64,000 bases of DNA from Isurus oxyrinchus (lineage: Eukaryota). The notes beneath the pieces are model-generated. The model worked only from the letters and a program-made list of their open reading frames with translations. It was not told the origin of the DNA and did no database searches. The stretch covers positions 248,001 through 312,000 of the forward strand of contig JANJGN010000523.1 of assembly GCA_026770705.1 (NCBI GenBank), in the 5' to 3' direction. Positions within the stretch are counted from its first letter, which is position 1, and each line of letters begins with the position of its first letter. Positions 1 to 12,019 of this stretch are shown piece after piece. Position numbers and translations under genes: made by a program.

Positions 1-2169
1 TTTACGTGCATTGTGTGGATTACGGGAATGATACATCGAAGTTTGGCTGTATTATTATCAAGGGGAGGCTCCGAAAATGGCGCCAAATTGCCAGGGCTAC
101 ATTAATTATTAAAAATAAAACTGCTGTTGGAATGTGGGTGGATATTTAAACTCCGGAGTCCTGCTTTAGTGATGTTGCACTCCAATTTTTATTACCGATA
201 TGAGTACCCGGATAGTGCTTGAACATTTTTAAGCTGCCCACTTATAAATATATCATGTGAAATACACGTTTAGAACAGAAGAGCTTTTACATCGTGCAAA
301 CATAATCACAAACATGGAAATCTTACACGGGTGTAGATATAAGAGCACATTCTTATAAATTGTTGATCATCTTAATGTATTAAAAATAATATAATGTATT
401 TGTCCAGAAGTTTATGGAATGATTTGGTTAATTTAAGAAGTGTCACCTTAATTTAATTAAGCCTATTATTAACAAGAGACAAATCAGAAGAAGAATAAAA
501 TTATTAACAAATTTGGCATAATGGAGTTAAATATCACCAATATGAAAATACAGTCTAAGATCACTACGAATTAATTACAAAAACATCTCTCAAATGTGCT
601 GCGCTGGGTCCAGGATTAAAGTTAAAACTCATTGTTGGAGAATTTTTAAAATTATTTTCAATTAACTTGGAAAGCAACATGTTTCTCACTCAACTACCTT
701 TAGCTCCATTGGATATTGCTCTACAATTTAATTAATTATCTTCGTGCTTTGCCTCAGCAGTTTCAATGATTATATATTATTCTGAAATTATGTCAGTGAA
801 TAATAGGAGTTCAGTGTAAATATCTCCCGATTTGTTAAATTTTTGCTCTGTTACAATGTCCCTGTTATAGACATAAATTACCATGAATGTAAATTATTTT
901 GATGTACCTGTTCTCAGCCAAACTTACTCCAAGGCTGTTGTGAAAGCTGTACACAGACAGGGAGAAATTGAGGCCCGTCAAATGGAGTTTTTTCCATTTA
1001 GAAGCAAAATAATTTCATAGAAGTGACATGGTCATAAATTTACAAACGTTTTAATCTATTCAAACGGATTAATGGATACTGGAGAAATCTATCTTTAATA
1101 GACTGATTTTTGCATTGTTTATGTCTGTTCTGTTTCTATGCGCGTGGTCACTGTGTGAGAATCAGGAGCCTTCTGGCTGTTTGTGAACTTTCTGGTTCAT
1201 TCTCCTGTAATTCAGGGAATTAATTTCGGACCATTTATTTAAGAAGTTTGTATATCCGAGAAAGGTGCAAATCTGTTCTTAAGTTTGAGAATATGCCTCA
1301 GAAATAAGATCAGTTTCCCAGTTTGTGGAATTCAGAAGGAATGCAAAGTGTAGAAAGATATTTTTCCTGTTCAGTGTTTGCTGTATCAGAGCCTGTGGTT
1401 TGATGATGGTCCAGTCTAAACGCAAGTTTTAACTAACAATGCGGAATAGAGGGCGTTTTAGAATGCATCCCACCATTTATATTCCTGAAATACAGCGCTT
1501 CACAGGACTGTGCAAAGAGAGTTTTAGTATAATTCACCTGTTCTGTATCTGACATGAGAGTGTTGGCACTCTCAATTTTCAAGGAACTTTAATCAGTATC
1601 AAACGCATTGGGCGTGAGTGCTCCAAATTAGATATGTAAAAGTAAATGATTCAATTCCTTCAATGAAGTAGCAGATCGTTAATTTAACATACGTTTCATT
1701 CTAAAAAAAAGCCAAGTTTGTGATTAAGGGATGATGATTAAACATTTTCAATAGCAGATAATACTTGAATCAGATTGGCCTGATCTAAAGCTTAATTTCA
1801 GGACAGTTACAGGAAGTCACTGTAATGTTACCGTCTGCGATATGATCGAATCTGAAAATAACTTGTGCAACGTAAATAGACAGTATGGTGCCTTACTCCT
1901 TGTTAAACGGAAACTACGGTGGGAATGAGAGCTGGAAAAATATGAATTTAACTTAACTCAATGCACAACCTGATTCCAACTGCCCGAAGGACATTTGATG
2001 AACTATCAGAGAGGCAATTTTACTCTTGTTCCAAGGCCTTACTAGGGCTGTGGGTTTTATGTGGAACTTCAATGTTCTTCTCTCTTGTATCTAATCAGTG
2101 CAGTCTGTGAACTGTGAACGTTTGATTGTGCAGGGCAGATGGAACTCCTTTTTCTGAACATTTATCTAT

Positions 2170-3090
2170 TCATGCATCCATTTTCCATCCATCGATGCAA
2201 AGATGGATGNNNNNNNNNNNNNNNNNNNNNNNNNNNNNNNNNNNNNNNNNNNNNNNNNNNNNNNNNNNNNNNNNNNNNNNNNNNNNNNNNNNNNNNNNNN
2301 NNNNNNNNNNNNNNNNNNNNNNNNNNNNNNNNNNNNNNNNNNNNNNNNNNNNNNNNNNNNNNNNNNNNNNNNNNNNNNNNNNNNNNNNNNNNNNNNNNNN
2401 NNNNNNNNNNNNNNNNNNNNNNNNNNNNNNNNNNNNNNNNNNNNNNNNNNNNNNNNNNNNNNNNNNNNNNNNNNNNNTGTCTATCTATGTATCTATAGAT
2501 CTGTCTATCTATGTATCTATAGATCTGTCTATCTAGGTATCTATAGATCTGTCTATCTATGTATCTATAGATCTGTCTATCTATGTATCTATAGATCTGT
2601 CTATCTATGTATCTATAGATCTGTCTTTCTATGTATCTATAGATCTGTCTATCTATGTATCTATAGATCTGTTTATCTATGTATCTGTCTGTCTCTATCT
2701 TCTATCATTCTCTATCGCTCTTTTTCTATCGCTCTCTCTCTCTATCCATCCANNNNNNNNNNNNNNNNNNNNNNNNNNNNNNNNNNNNNNNNNNNNNNNN
2801 NNNNNNNNNNNNNNNNNNNNNNNNNNNNNNNNNNNNNNNNNNNNNNNNNNNNNNNNNNNNNNNNNNNNNNNNNNNNNNNNNNNNNNNNNNNNNNNNNNNN
2901 NNNNNNNNNNNNNNNNNNNNNNNNNNNNNNNNNNNNNNNNNNNNNNNNNNNNNNNNNNNNNNNNNNNNNNNNNNNNNNNNNNNNNNNNNNNNNNNNNNNN
3001 NNNNNNNNNNNNNNNNNNNNNNNNNNNNNNNNNNNNNNNNNTACTGATCTCTTTAACTCTCTGTCTATCTATCTATCTGTTTATCTAACC
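2170..3090. repeat. (TCTA)-derived simple repeat with a 24-bp higher-order unit (TGTCTATCTATGTATCTATAGATC), broken by N gaps at 2210-2477 and 2753-3041
   Basis: The unit is directly visible about 8 times at 2478-2690; the flanks are TCTA/TCCA-rich. Confidence 0.95.
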
Positions 3091-3558
3091 AAGATAGCTG
3101 AAATAATTGATTATTTGTAAACATCATTGAGAATTGGCAAATTTGGAGAGTTAATTCAAAATTGTGATTGGCCGAAAACCAACAGTCCATGCTATCAAAT
3201 AGTCTCATTGATCAACTCTGGGTCATGCTTTATAAAAGTGCTAAAACATTGTCTGTAAGTAATGAAGCTAGTCGATCCACCGGTCAGAGTTACATAATCT
3301 TTAGAGTAAATGCTGCCAAGCATCATCCACGTTTATCCTCTAAAAACGACAACATGTTGATAATGAAACTACAATAAATTAGCATAAAAACCCCTCTGGC
3401 CCACTGATGTCCGTCATGGAAGATAATCGGCCATCCTGGCCCAGAGATAGGTAAATGTTAGTGCATTAAATTAGTCATTTGCTGGTGAGAAGAGGTTGAT
3501 AGTAAAATACTTTAAGCGAGAGCTCAGTGAAAATAATGTGGAAGGGTCTAAAGTGAAA

Positions 3559-3755
3559 GTAAAAACAAAAAAACTGCGGATGCTGGAAATCCAAAACAAA
3601 AACAGAATTACCTGGAAAAACTCAGCAGGTCCGGCAGCATCAGCAGAGAAGAAAAGAGTTGACGTTTCGAGTCCTCATGACCCTTCGACAGAACTTGAGT
3701 TCGAGTCCAAGAAAGAGTTGAAATATAAGCTGGTTTAAGGTGTGTGTGGGGGGCG

Positions 3756-3788
<33 letters not shown>

Positions 3789-5405
3789 GTTGGGGTTGTG
3801 GGGGGTTGGGGGGGGGGGATGTGGCTGTGTGGACAAACAAGCAGTGATAGAAGCAGATCATCAAAAGATGTCAACGACAATGGTACAATAGAACACATAG
3901 GTGTTAAAATTAAAGTTGGTGATATTATCTAAACGAATGTGCTAATTAAGAATGGATGGTAGGGCACTCAAAGTATAGCTCTAGTGGGTTTTTTTTTTAT
4001 ATAATAGAAATAGGTGGGAAAAGGAAAATCTTTATAATTTATTGGGAAAAAAAGGAAGGGGGAAACAGAAAGGGGGTGGGGATGGGGGAGGGAGCTCACG
4101 ACCTAAAGTTGTTGAATTCAATATTCAGTCCGGAAGGCTGTAAGGTGCCTAGTCGGAAGATGAGCTGTTGTTCCTCCAGTTTGCGTTGGGCTTCACTGGA
4201 ACAATGCAGCAAGCCAAGGACAGACATGTGGGCAAGAGAGCAGGGTGGAGTGTTAAAATGGCAAGCGACAGGGAGGTTTGGGACATTCTTGCGGACAGAC
4301 CACAGGTGTTCTGCAAAGCAGTCGCCCAGTTTACGTTTGGTCTCTTCAATGTAGAGGAGACCATATTGGGAGCAACGAATGCAGTAGACCAAGTTGGGGG
4401 AAATGCAAGTGAAATACTGCTTCACTTGAAAGGAGTGTTTGGGCCCTTGGACGGTGAGGAGAGAGGAAGTGAAGGGGCAGGTGTTACATCTTTTGCGTGG
4501 GCATGGGGTGGTGCCATAGGAGGGGGTTGAGGAGTAGGGGGTGATGGAGGAGTGGACCAGGGTGTCCCGGAGGGAGCAATCCCTACGGATTGCAGATAAG
4601 GGGGGTGAAGGGAAGATGTGTTTGGTGGTGGCATCATGCTGGAGTTGGCGGAAATGGCGAAGGATGATCCTTTGAATGCAGAGGCTGGTGGGGTGATAAG
4701 TGAGGACAAGGGGGACCCTATCATGTTTCTGGGAGGGAGGAGAAGGCGTGAGTGCGGATGCGCGGGAGATGGGCTGGACACGGTTGAGGGCCCTGTCAAC
4801 GACCATGGGTGGAAAACCTCGGTTAAGGAAGAAGGAGGACATGTCAGAGGAACCATTTTTGAAGGTAGCATCATCAGAACAGATGCGACGGAGGCGAAGG
4901 AACTGAGAGAATGGGATGGAGTCCTTACAGGAAGCGGGGTGTGAGGAGCTGTAGTCGAGGTAGCTGTGGGAGTCAGTGGGTTTGTAATGGATATTGGTGG
5001 ACAGTCTATCACCAGAGATTGAGACAGAGAGGTCAAGGAAGGGAAGGGAAGTGTCAGAGATGGACCACGTGAAAATGATGGAGGGGTGGAGATTGGAAGC
5101 AAAATTAATAAATTTTTCCAAGTCCCGACGAGAGCATGAAGCAGCACCGAAGTAATCATCGATGTACCGGAGAAAAAGTTGTGGAAGGGGGCCGGAGTAG
5201 GACTGCAACAAGGAATGTTCCACATACCCCATAAAGAGACAGGCATAGCTGGGGACCATGTGGGTACCCATAGCCACACCTTTTATTTGGAGGAAGTGAG
5301 AGGAGTTGAAGGAGAAATTGTTCAGTGTGAGAACAAGTTCAGCCAGACGGAGGAGAGTAGTGGTGGATGGGGATTGTTCGGGCCTCCGTTCGAGGAAGAA
5401 GCTAA
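3559..5405 (-). mobile_element. Penelope-like retroelement (Neptune-type), 5'-truncated; left arm of a fold-back insertion
   Basis: ORF 4096..5436(-) has RT motifs GVAMG and RYIDD, a Cys-rich linker CPRKRCNTC and a GIY-YIG-type endonuclease (LVYCIRC...LYIEET). The 3' noncoding end runs to 3559. Confidence 0.93.
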
Positions 5406-7577
5406 AGTACCTCTCCCTGGACCATGACCCCACCACTGAACATCAAGCCATTGTTCCTAGGACTGTCACTGACCTCATCTCCTCTGGGGATCTCCGTCCC
5501 ACAGCTTCCAACCTGATAGTCGCCCAACCTCGGACAGCCCGCTTCTATCTCCTACCCAAAATCCACAAACAGAACTGCCCCGGTAGACCGATCATCTCAG
5601 CTTGCTCCTGCCCCACAGAACTCATCTCTCGTTATCTTGACTCCATTCTCTCTCCCCTTGTCCAGTCCCTTCCCACCTACATCCGTGATTCCTCAGACAC
5701 CTTATGTCACATCAACAATTTCCAGTTCCATGGCCCCAACCGCTTCCTCTTCACCATGGACGTCGAATCCCTCTACATCTCCATCCCTCACCAGGATGGT
5801 CTAAGGGCCCTTAGCTTCTTCCTCGAACAGAGGCCCGAACAATCCCCATCCACCACTACTCTCCTCCGTCTGGCTGAACTTGTTCTCACGTTGAACAATT
5901 TCTCCTTCAACTCCTCTCACTTCCTCCAAATAGAAGGTGTGGCTATGGGTACTCGCATGGGCCCCAGCTATGCCTGTCTCTTTATGGGGTATGTGGAACA
6001 TTCCTTGTTACAGTCCTACTCCGGCCCCCTTCCACAACTCTTTCTCCGGTACATCGATGATTACTTAATGCTGCTTCATGCTCTCGTCGGGACTTGGAAA
6101 AATTTATTAATTTTGCTTCCAATCTCCACCCCTGCATCATTTTCACGTGGTCCATCTCTGACACTTCCCTTCCCTTCCTTGACCTCTCTGTCTCAATCTC
6201 TGGTGATAGACTGTCCACCAATATCCATTACAAACCCACTGACTCCCACAGCTACCTCGACTACAGCTCCTCACACCCCGCTTCCTGTAAGGGCTCCATC
6301 CCATTCTCCCAGTTCCTTCGCCTCTGTCGCATCTGTTCCGATGATGCTACCTTCAAAAACGGTTCCTCTGACATGTCCTCTTTCTTCCTTAACCGAGGTT
6401 TTCCACCCACGGTCGTTGACAGGGCCCTCAACCGTGTCCGGCCCATCTCCCGCGCATCCGCCCTCACGCCTTCTCCTCCCTCCCAGAAACATGATAGGGT
6501 CCCCCTTGTCCTCACTTATCAACCCACCAGCCTTCGCATTCAAAGGATCATCCTTCGCCATTTCCGCCAACTCCAGCATGATGCCACCACCAAACAGATC
6601 TTCCCTTCACCCCCCTTATCGGCATTCCGTAGGGAACACTCCCTCCGGGACACCCTGGTCCACTCCTCCATCACCCCCTACTCTTCAACCCCCTCCTATG
6701 GCACCACCCCATGCCCACGCAAAAGATGTAACACCTGCCCCTTCACTTCCTCTCTCCTCACCGTCCAAGGGCCCAAACATTCCTTTCAAGTGAAGCAGCA
6801 TTTCACTTGCATTTCCCCCAACTTAGTCTACTGCATTCGTTGCTCCCAGTGTTGTCTCCTCTACATTGGAGAGACCAAACGTAAACTGGGCGACCGCTTT
6901 GCAGAACACCTGCGGTCTGTCCGCAAGAATGACCCAAACCTCCCTGTCGCTTGCCATTTTAACACTCCACCCTGCTCTCTTGCCCACATGTCTGTCCTTG
7001 GCTTGCTGCATTGTTCCAGTGAAGCCCAACGCAAACTGGAGGAACAACACCTCATCTTCCGATTAGGCACCTTACAGCCTTCCGGTCTGAATATTGAATT
7101 CAACAACTTTAGGTTGTGAGCTCCCTCCCCCATCCCCACCCCCTTTCTGTTTCCACCTTCCTTTTTTTTCCCAATAAATTATAAAGATTTTCCTTTTCCC
7201 ACCTATTTCTATTGTATAAAAAAACCCCACTAGAGCTATACCTTGAGTGCCCTACCATCCATTCTTAATTAGCACATTCGTTTAGATAATATCACCAACT
7301 TTAATTTTAACACCGATGTGTTCTTTTGTACCATTGTCACTGACATCTTTTGATGATCTGCTTCTATCACTGCTTGTCTGTCTACACAAGCACCTCTCTC
7401 TCTCTCTATCTCTCCGCCCCCCCACACACACACCTTAAACCAGCTTATATTTCAACTCTTTCTTGGACTCGAACTCAAGTTCTGTCGAAGGGTCATGAGG
7501 ACTCGAAACGTCAACTCTTTTCTTCTCCGCCGATGCTGCCAGACCTGCTGAGTTTTTCCAGGTAATTCTGGTTTTGT
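5406..7577 (+). mobile_element. Penelope-like retroelement (Neptune-type), 5'-truncated and frameshifted near 6065; right arm of the fold-back insertion
   Basis: ORFs 5306..6793 and 6094..7119 join into RT (YLLPKIHK, PGRPIIS, FTMDVESLY, GVAMG, YIDD) plus GIY-YIG (VYCIRC...LYIGET). 5811-7577 is the inverted copy of the left arm. TSD TCTAAAGTGAAA at 3547-3558 and 7578-7589. Confidence 0.94.
7478..7516 (+). ncRNA. Minimal type I hammerhead-ribozyme-like motif in the Penelope terminal repeat (mirror copy at 3657-3695, minus strand)
   Basis: AGTT-CTGTCGA-A-GGGTC-ATGAG-GACTC-GAAA-CGTC-AACT: helix I AGTT/AACT, CUGANGA-like core with one deviation, helix II, GAAA, palindromic ACGT in place of helix III. 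Confidence 0.7.
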
Positions 7578-7905
7578 TCTAAAGTGAAACTGTTTGAGGA
7601 ATGATTGACATTTTCCTCAACAGAGGAGTAAGGGCTGGAGGAAGCCCAGGTTACAATATCCCTTATTTAACTCGCAGTTATGTGGCCTCTTGGGCAGTAT
7701 TTCCCTTTTCCGACTTGTGCCTCATCTTGTGTACAAGACTGGCCATCATGGCGGCGTGTCCCGTCGGGCATATCAACTCCTAAGTGCAATTTATGACCAG
7801 GATATTTTGGAAATAAATTATCCCAATATTAAACTTCGAACAATTTGCTTATTTTATACTCACGAATCACATTTTTAACTTGTTCCACTGACTTTTCATT
7901 CGCAG

Positions 7906-8205
7906 TGACACCGTCTCCCCCCACCCTCTACGCTCTGCTCTCCTCCTGTGAACAAGCAAACACTGCCGGCTCCATCACCTCCGGCTGCTTAGCTGTGGAC
8001 TACTCCCTCGAAATCACCAGCGTTTCCTGGAAGAAAGGTCAAGAGACGATCACAGCTGGATTGAAGACTTACCCATCAGTACTGAACAAGAAGGGAACCC
8101 ACACCCTGACCAGCCAGTTAACCATCACCGAATCCGAGGTGGGAAGCAGCACAATCTACTGCGAGGTTCGATGGAGTGACTCGGTCTGGCTGAAGGAAAT
8201 GCCAG
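7906..8205 (+). pseudogene. IGHM: IgM heavy chain constant exon Cmu1 (CH1)
   Basis: Acceptor ttttcattcgcag, donor AG|gttcgt, 300 bp. Translates [16 protein letters not shown]...GCLAVDY...SWKK...[12 protein letters not shown]...[20 protein letters not shown], a C1-set Ig domain resembling elasmobranch Cmu1. Confidence 0.95.
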
Positions 8206-8319
8206 GTTCGTGTTGTGGGATGCACAGGGCGGCAGTGGCGGGGCTGGGTGAAGGGGGAACGTGGTCAGCAAATGAGTTATGTTCAAATTCTGCATCACAT
8301 GGGTTAGAATGGAGTTAGA

Positions 8320-8610
8320 GTTTTGTGTATAGTTCAGGTGCTTATATGACACTTAGTGTGGATACCTGTATTCTCCACAGCACACTTAATGGTTTGTGTA
8401 GAGTTCTGGCCTCCATATCACACTTAGTGTGATATGCACAGCTCTGGTCTCCACATCATAGTTATTGTACTGTGGATAGTTTTGTTCTCCACTTCACAAA
8501 GTAGTGTACTGTGTATAATTAAGGCCTCCACATCACAATAGGTGTACTGTGTGCAGTTATCCCCCTCCAAATCACATCGAGTACACTGTATGTAGTTCTC
8601 GTTTCCACGT
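8320..8610 (+). repeat. Degenerate 38-39-bp tandem repeat (about 7-8 copies) derived from CR1 ORF2
   Basis: CTCCA anchor recurs at 8373, 8411, 8449, 8487, 8526, 8565 and (TTCCA) 8603; consensus approximately CACTTAGTGTACTGTGTATAGTTCTGGTCTCCACATCA. Confidence 0.8.
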
Positions 8611-9075
8611 AAGAAGAATGCTACAGGGGCATTGCAATAGGAGCTAAACTACGTACAAGGACAATACCAGAGCTGATAGATTACTTCTGTTAAGTAACAG
8701 CGGGTTGGTGCTCTATTCTCTACAAAATAAAAAGTTGTGTTGTGACCGAATAAAGGTCCTCAAACTTCCGAAATAATTTGATAGATTAGACAAGAATTAG
8801 AGCTCATGTTAACAACAGAATGTTAAAAAAAAACAATTGGCAAATCTGAATCTTCTTTACACAAAGAGTAAGCGGAATATGGGAATTTCTGGAGGTGAGA
8901 TGTTACTGAGACCCTATTGAGGGGAATCTTAATAGGTACATGAGGGAGATTGTAATGGAGGTGGTTTTTAAACTGCGAGGTGAAATAGGGCGAGAGGATG
9001 TTCGTGTGGATCCTAAACTCCAGCAATGAACTATGGGGCCGCCTGGCCTGGTTCTGTCCTGTGGATTTTATGTAA
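8610..9075 (+). mobile_element. Highly decayed CR1 LINE 3' fragment
   Basis: Continues from the EYCVQFWSP-like repeat and ends in a CR1-type tail (atggggccgcctggcctggttctgtcctgt...ttttatgt) like other CR1 tails in the window. Confidence 0.55.
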
Positions 9076-9145
9076 ATTGTTTTAGAGTTTTTAATTGTTT
9101 GGCTTGAAGCAAAATTAATTCCTAATAATATGTATTTTCTTGCAG

Positions 9146-9457
9146 ATATTGTGCTGCATCATCCGACTGTTCTGCTTACCGTGAGCCCCAGTGAAGAAAT
9201 CACAAGCAGCAGATCTGCAACCATCGTCTGTTCAATCGTTGATTTCCGTCCAAATTCAATCAAGGTGAAATGGCTGAAGAATGGACAGGCCATGGCCTCG
9301 GGCTTCGTCACCTCTCCCAGCTTTGAAGTGAACAGGAACTTCTCGGCAACCAGTCGGTTGACAGTCCCCGCTGGGGACTGGTTCAGTCACACGCTCTATA
9401 CCTGCTAGGTGACTCATAAAGGGGTCACTCAAAGCCGAAACATCACCAAACCTGAGG
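9146..9457 (+). pseudogene. IGHM: IgM heavy chain constant exon Cmu2 with premature stop (TAG at 9406-9408)
   Basis: Acceptor ttttcttgcag, donor G|gtaaga, 312 bp. [14 protein letters not shown]...[12 protein letters not shown]...VKWLKNG...[10 protein letters not shown]...LYTC*VTHKGVTQSRNITKPE; the frame continues as Ig sequence after the stop. Confidence 0.95.
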
Positions 9458-9939
9458 GTAAGAGACACAACCCGAGAAAGCTCAAGGCCATTCTTGGTGC
9501 CAATCTCTGTCCAAACCAAGAAATAGTTTGGAATGATTGAAAGTCAGAGAATGTGTCCCATTTGCCAATTTTCCCGTTTGAGTATCCTTCCAAAGGAAAC
9601 AAAAACACACTGAAGGTAACCTTTCATTTATATAGCGTCGTCCCCAGCATCAGATTCTCCCAAAACACTTAGCAGCCAATGAATGATCGTGGAAATGTTC
9701 TCATTGTCGTAAAGTAGAATATTCAGCAGCGATTTGCTGTACAACAGTTTCCAAGAAACTGGGACATGATGCTGACAGGAGTTATTTATTTATTTATTGA
9801 TTTCATTCTGTTTGTTCAGGGACACATGTTGTCCAGGAAACAGACAAACTTCAGCTAAGCATTTCGAACGTTTTCTTTTCATTTTTATTTCAAGTTTCCA
9901 GCAATATTTGGCTTTTAGAACTAAAGAACATTATTGGAT

Positions 9940-11990
9940 TTGCTGTTGGGGAGAGTTAAATTAACTCAGGAGGAGCGTGGGAACAACGAGAGAATTTCAG
10001 CATGTAATAGCATGGATTCTGGGAGCGGCAGCTAACTCTAAAAGAGGGAATATTCAGTTAATAGATGGAGTCAGGATAAGGGAGCAAGCAATGAATTCTA
10101 AATCAGCGTTGCAATGCATGTATATGCATGCATGGAAAATAGCTAATAAAATTTGGGAGTTACAGGCACAGATTGCCTTTTGGGATTATTATGATGGGGC
10201 GATAACGGAGACCTAATTTAAGGAATGACAGAATTGAGTGTTAATTATTCCTAGTTACAAGATGTTCATAAAAGACAGGAAATGGCATAAAATGGGGGCG
10301 AAGCCGTGGTGGCATTTTTGTTTAAGGAGAGTATTGCAGCACTGGTGAAAAATAATGTCTCAGGCGATTCAAGGACAGAACCAATTTGGCTGGAGCAAAG
10401 GAATAAGAAGGGTGCAATTACATTGCTGGGTGTAATGTATAGACCACAATAGTTAGTGGGGAGATAGAGAGGAGCAAGGAAATAACAGAGGTGTAAAGAT
10501 CATCGAGTAGTTATAATGGAGGGAGGAGGGGTTCATTACCCGAATATATACTGGGATAGTGGGACCGTAAGGGACAGTGAGGGAGCAGCATTCCAGGATT
10601 ATACCCTGGACAATTTGCTACAGCAGTGTGTGCCCATTGCAAGATGAAAGGAGGCACTGCTAGACCTGGTTCTTGGAATGAGGTGGGCCAAGTAAACAAA
10701 TTGATCGGAGGGAAGCATTTAGGGGACAGTGATCATTGTGTCATAAGGTTTAGGATAACGCTGGAAAATGACATTGATCAAGCCAGGGTAAGAGTTGCCA
10801 ACTGGCAGAGAGCGGGCTTCAATGGGGCAATAATGGGGCTGGGCCTGATGGACTGGAACCAAAAGTTGGTGGGAAAAACATTAGCTGAACAATGAGCTCC
10901 TTCAAAGAGGAGATGGTTTTGAAAGTATGTTCCCTCAAAAGGGAAGGCCAGGCGAAAAAAATCCGGAGCTCCCTGGATGGCAAAGGAAGTAGAAATTAAG
11001 TTAAGGAAGAAAAAATGTGCTTACAACACGTGTCGGGTAGCAGATACATTTGAGAATCCAAGCTGAATACAGCAGGTTCAGAAAGGATGTGCAAAAGCAA
11101 ATACAAGAAGCAAAGAGAGATTATAAAAAAAGACGGACAGCTAACAAGAAAGGAAATCCCAAAGTATTCTATAAGCATATCAATCGTAAAAAGGTTGTAA
11201 AAGGAGGAATAGGCCGATTAAGGATCGAAAACGGGATTTACACATGTAGGCAAGAGGCATGGCTGAAGTGTTAAATGAATATTTTCCATCAGTCTTTACC
11301 TTTAGGTAGATGCTGCCCAGGCCATGGTGACAGAAGAGGAAACTCAGTCACTATAAAGGGTTTGAAATTGCTAAGGATGAGGTATTGCATCAACTGTTGG
11401 CTCTTAAAGTTGATAAGGCAAGGGACAGGGTGAGATGCGTCCAAGAGTATTGAAGGGAGTGAGAGTGGAAATTGCAGAAACAGTGACAATAATCTTTCAG
11501 CGTTCCCTACATTTGGGGGAGGTGCTGGAGGACTGGAGAATTGCAAATATTACGCCCTTATTAAAAAAAAGTTTGAAAAGTGATCCCTGCAAATACAGAC
11601 GAGTCAGTTTAACTTCGGGGGTGGGGAAACTTCTAGAAACAATTATTCCAGATGGAATTAATATCATGTGTGATAATGTAGATTGTTTAGGAAGAGTCAT
11701 CATGGATTTATTAAAGGAAAATCCTGTATAACTAACTTGCTAGAGTTTTTTCAAGAGGTAACAGAGATGATTAATGAGGGCAAGGCCGTTGATATGGGCT
11801 ATATGGACTTCCAAAAGGTGTTCGATACAGTTCCACACAACAGACCTGTGAGGAAAGTTATAGATCATGGAATTAAAGGGACAATAGCTAAGTGGATAAA
11901 TATTTATATATATAAATGATCTAGATCTTGGTTTGCAGGGGACAGTTTAAAGGTTTGTGGACGACCCAAAACTTGGGAGAATTTGGGGAA
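9940..11990 (+). mobile_element. Decayed CR1-type LINE ORF2 fragment in the Cmu2-Cmu3 intron
   Basis: Broken ORFs with AP-endonuclease remnants (GAITET, LGDSDH) and RT remnants (WRIANITPL, RVSLTSGVGKLLE, HHGF, YMDFQKVFDTVPH). Confidence 0.9.
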
Positions 11991-12019
11991 ATGTGACATC
12001 ACGCTGACAAAGCAGGTAT

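Noticed and set aside
1100-1200. Possible JH segment or RSS (CACTGTG at about 1150)
   Set aside because: No good nonamer at 12- or 22/23-bp spacing and no WGxGT-coding sequence or donor follows; V, D and J must lie upstream of the window.
2126-3120. ORFs of 119-305 aa
   Set aside because: Artefacts of N gaps and the 24-bp repeat.
1-3540. Intronic IgH enhancer or switch region
   Set aside because: Only isolated short motifs (one E-box, an Ets-like and a YY1-like site) at chance frequency; no octamer cluster or switch-type repeats that I can support.
4422-5279. Pro/Ser/Thr-rich 285-aa ORF overlapping the Penelope RT (mirrored in the right arm)
   Set aside because: Alternative frame of C-rich, stop-poor element sequence with no recognisable domain; a real overlapping ORF cannot be supported without family-wide conservation analysis.
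5306-6793. Intact 495-aa protein
   Set aside because: Chimeric: it starts in the antisense left arm, crosses the fold-back junction and leaves the RT frame just after YIDD.
3559-7577. DNA transposon with long terminal inverted repeats, or a misassembly
   Set aside because: The arms encode RT and GIY-YIG rather than a transposase. They differ by many substitutions and are bounded by a TSD, which a simple assembly fold-back would not produce.
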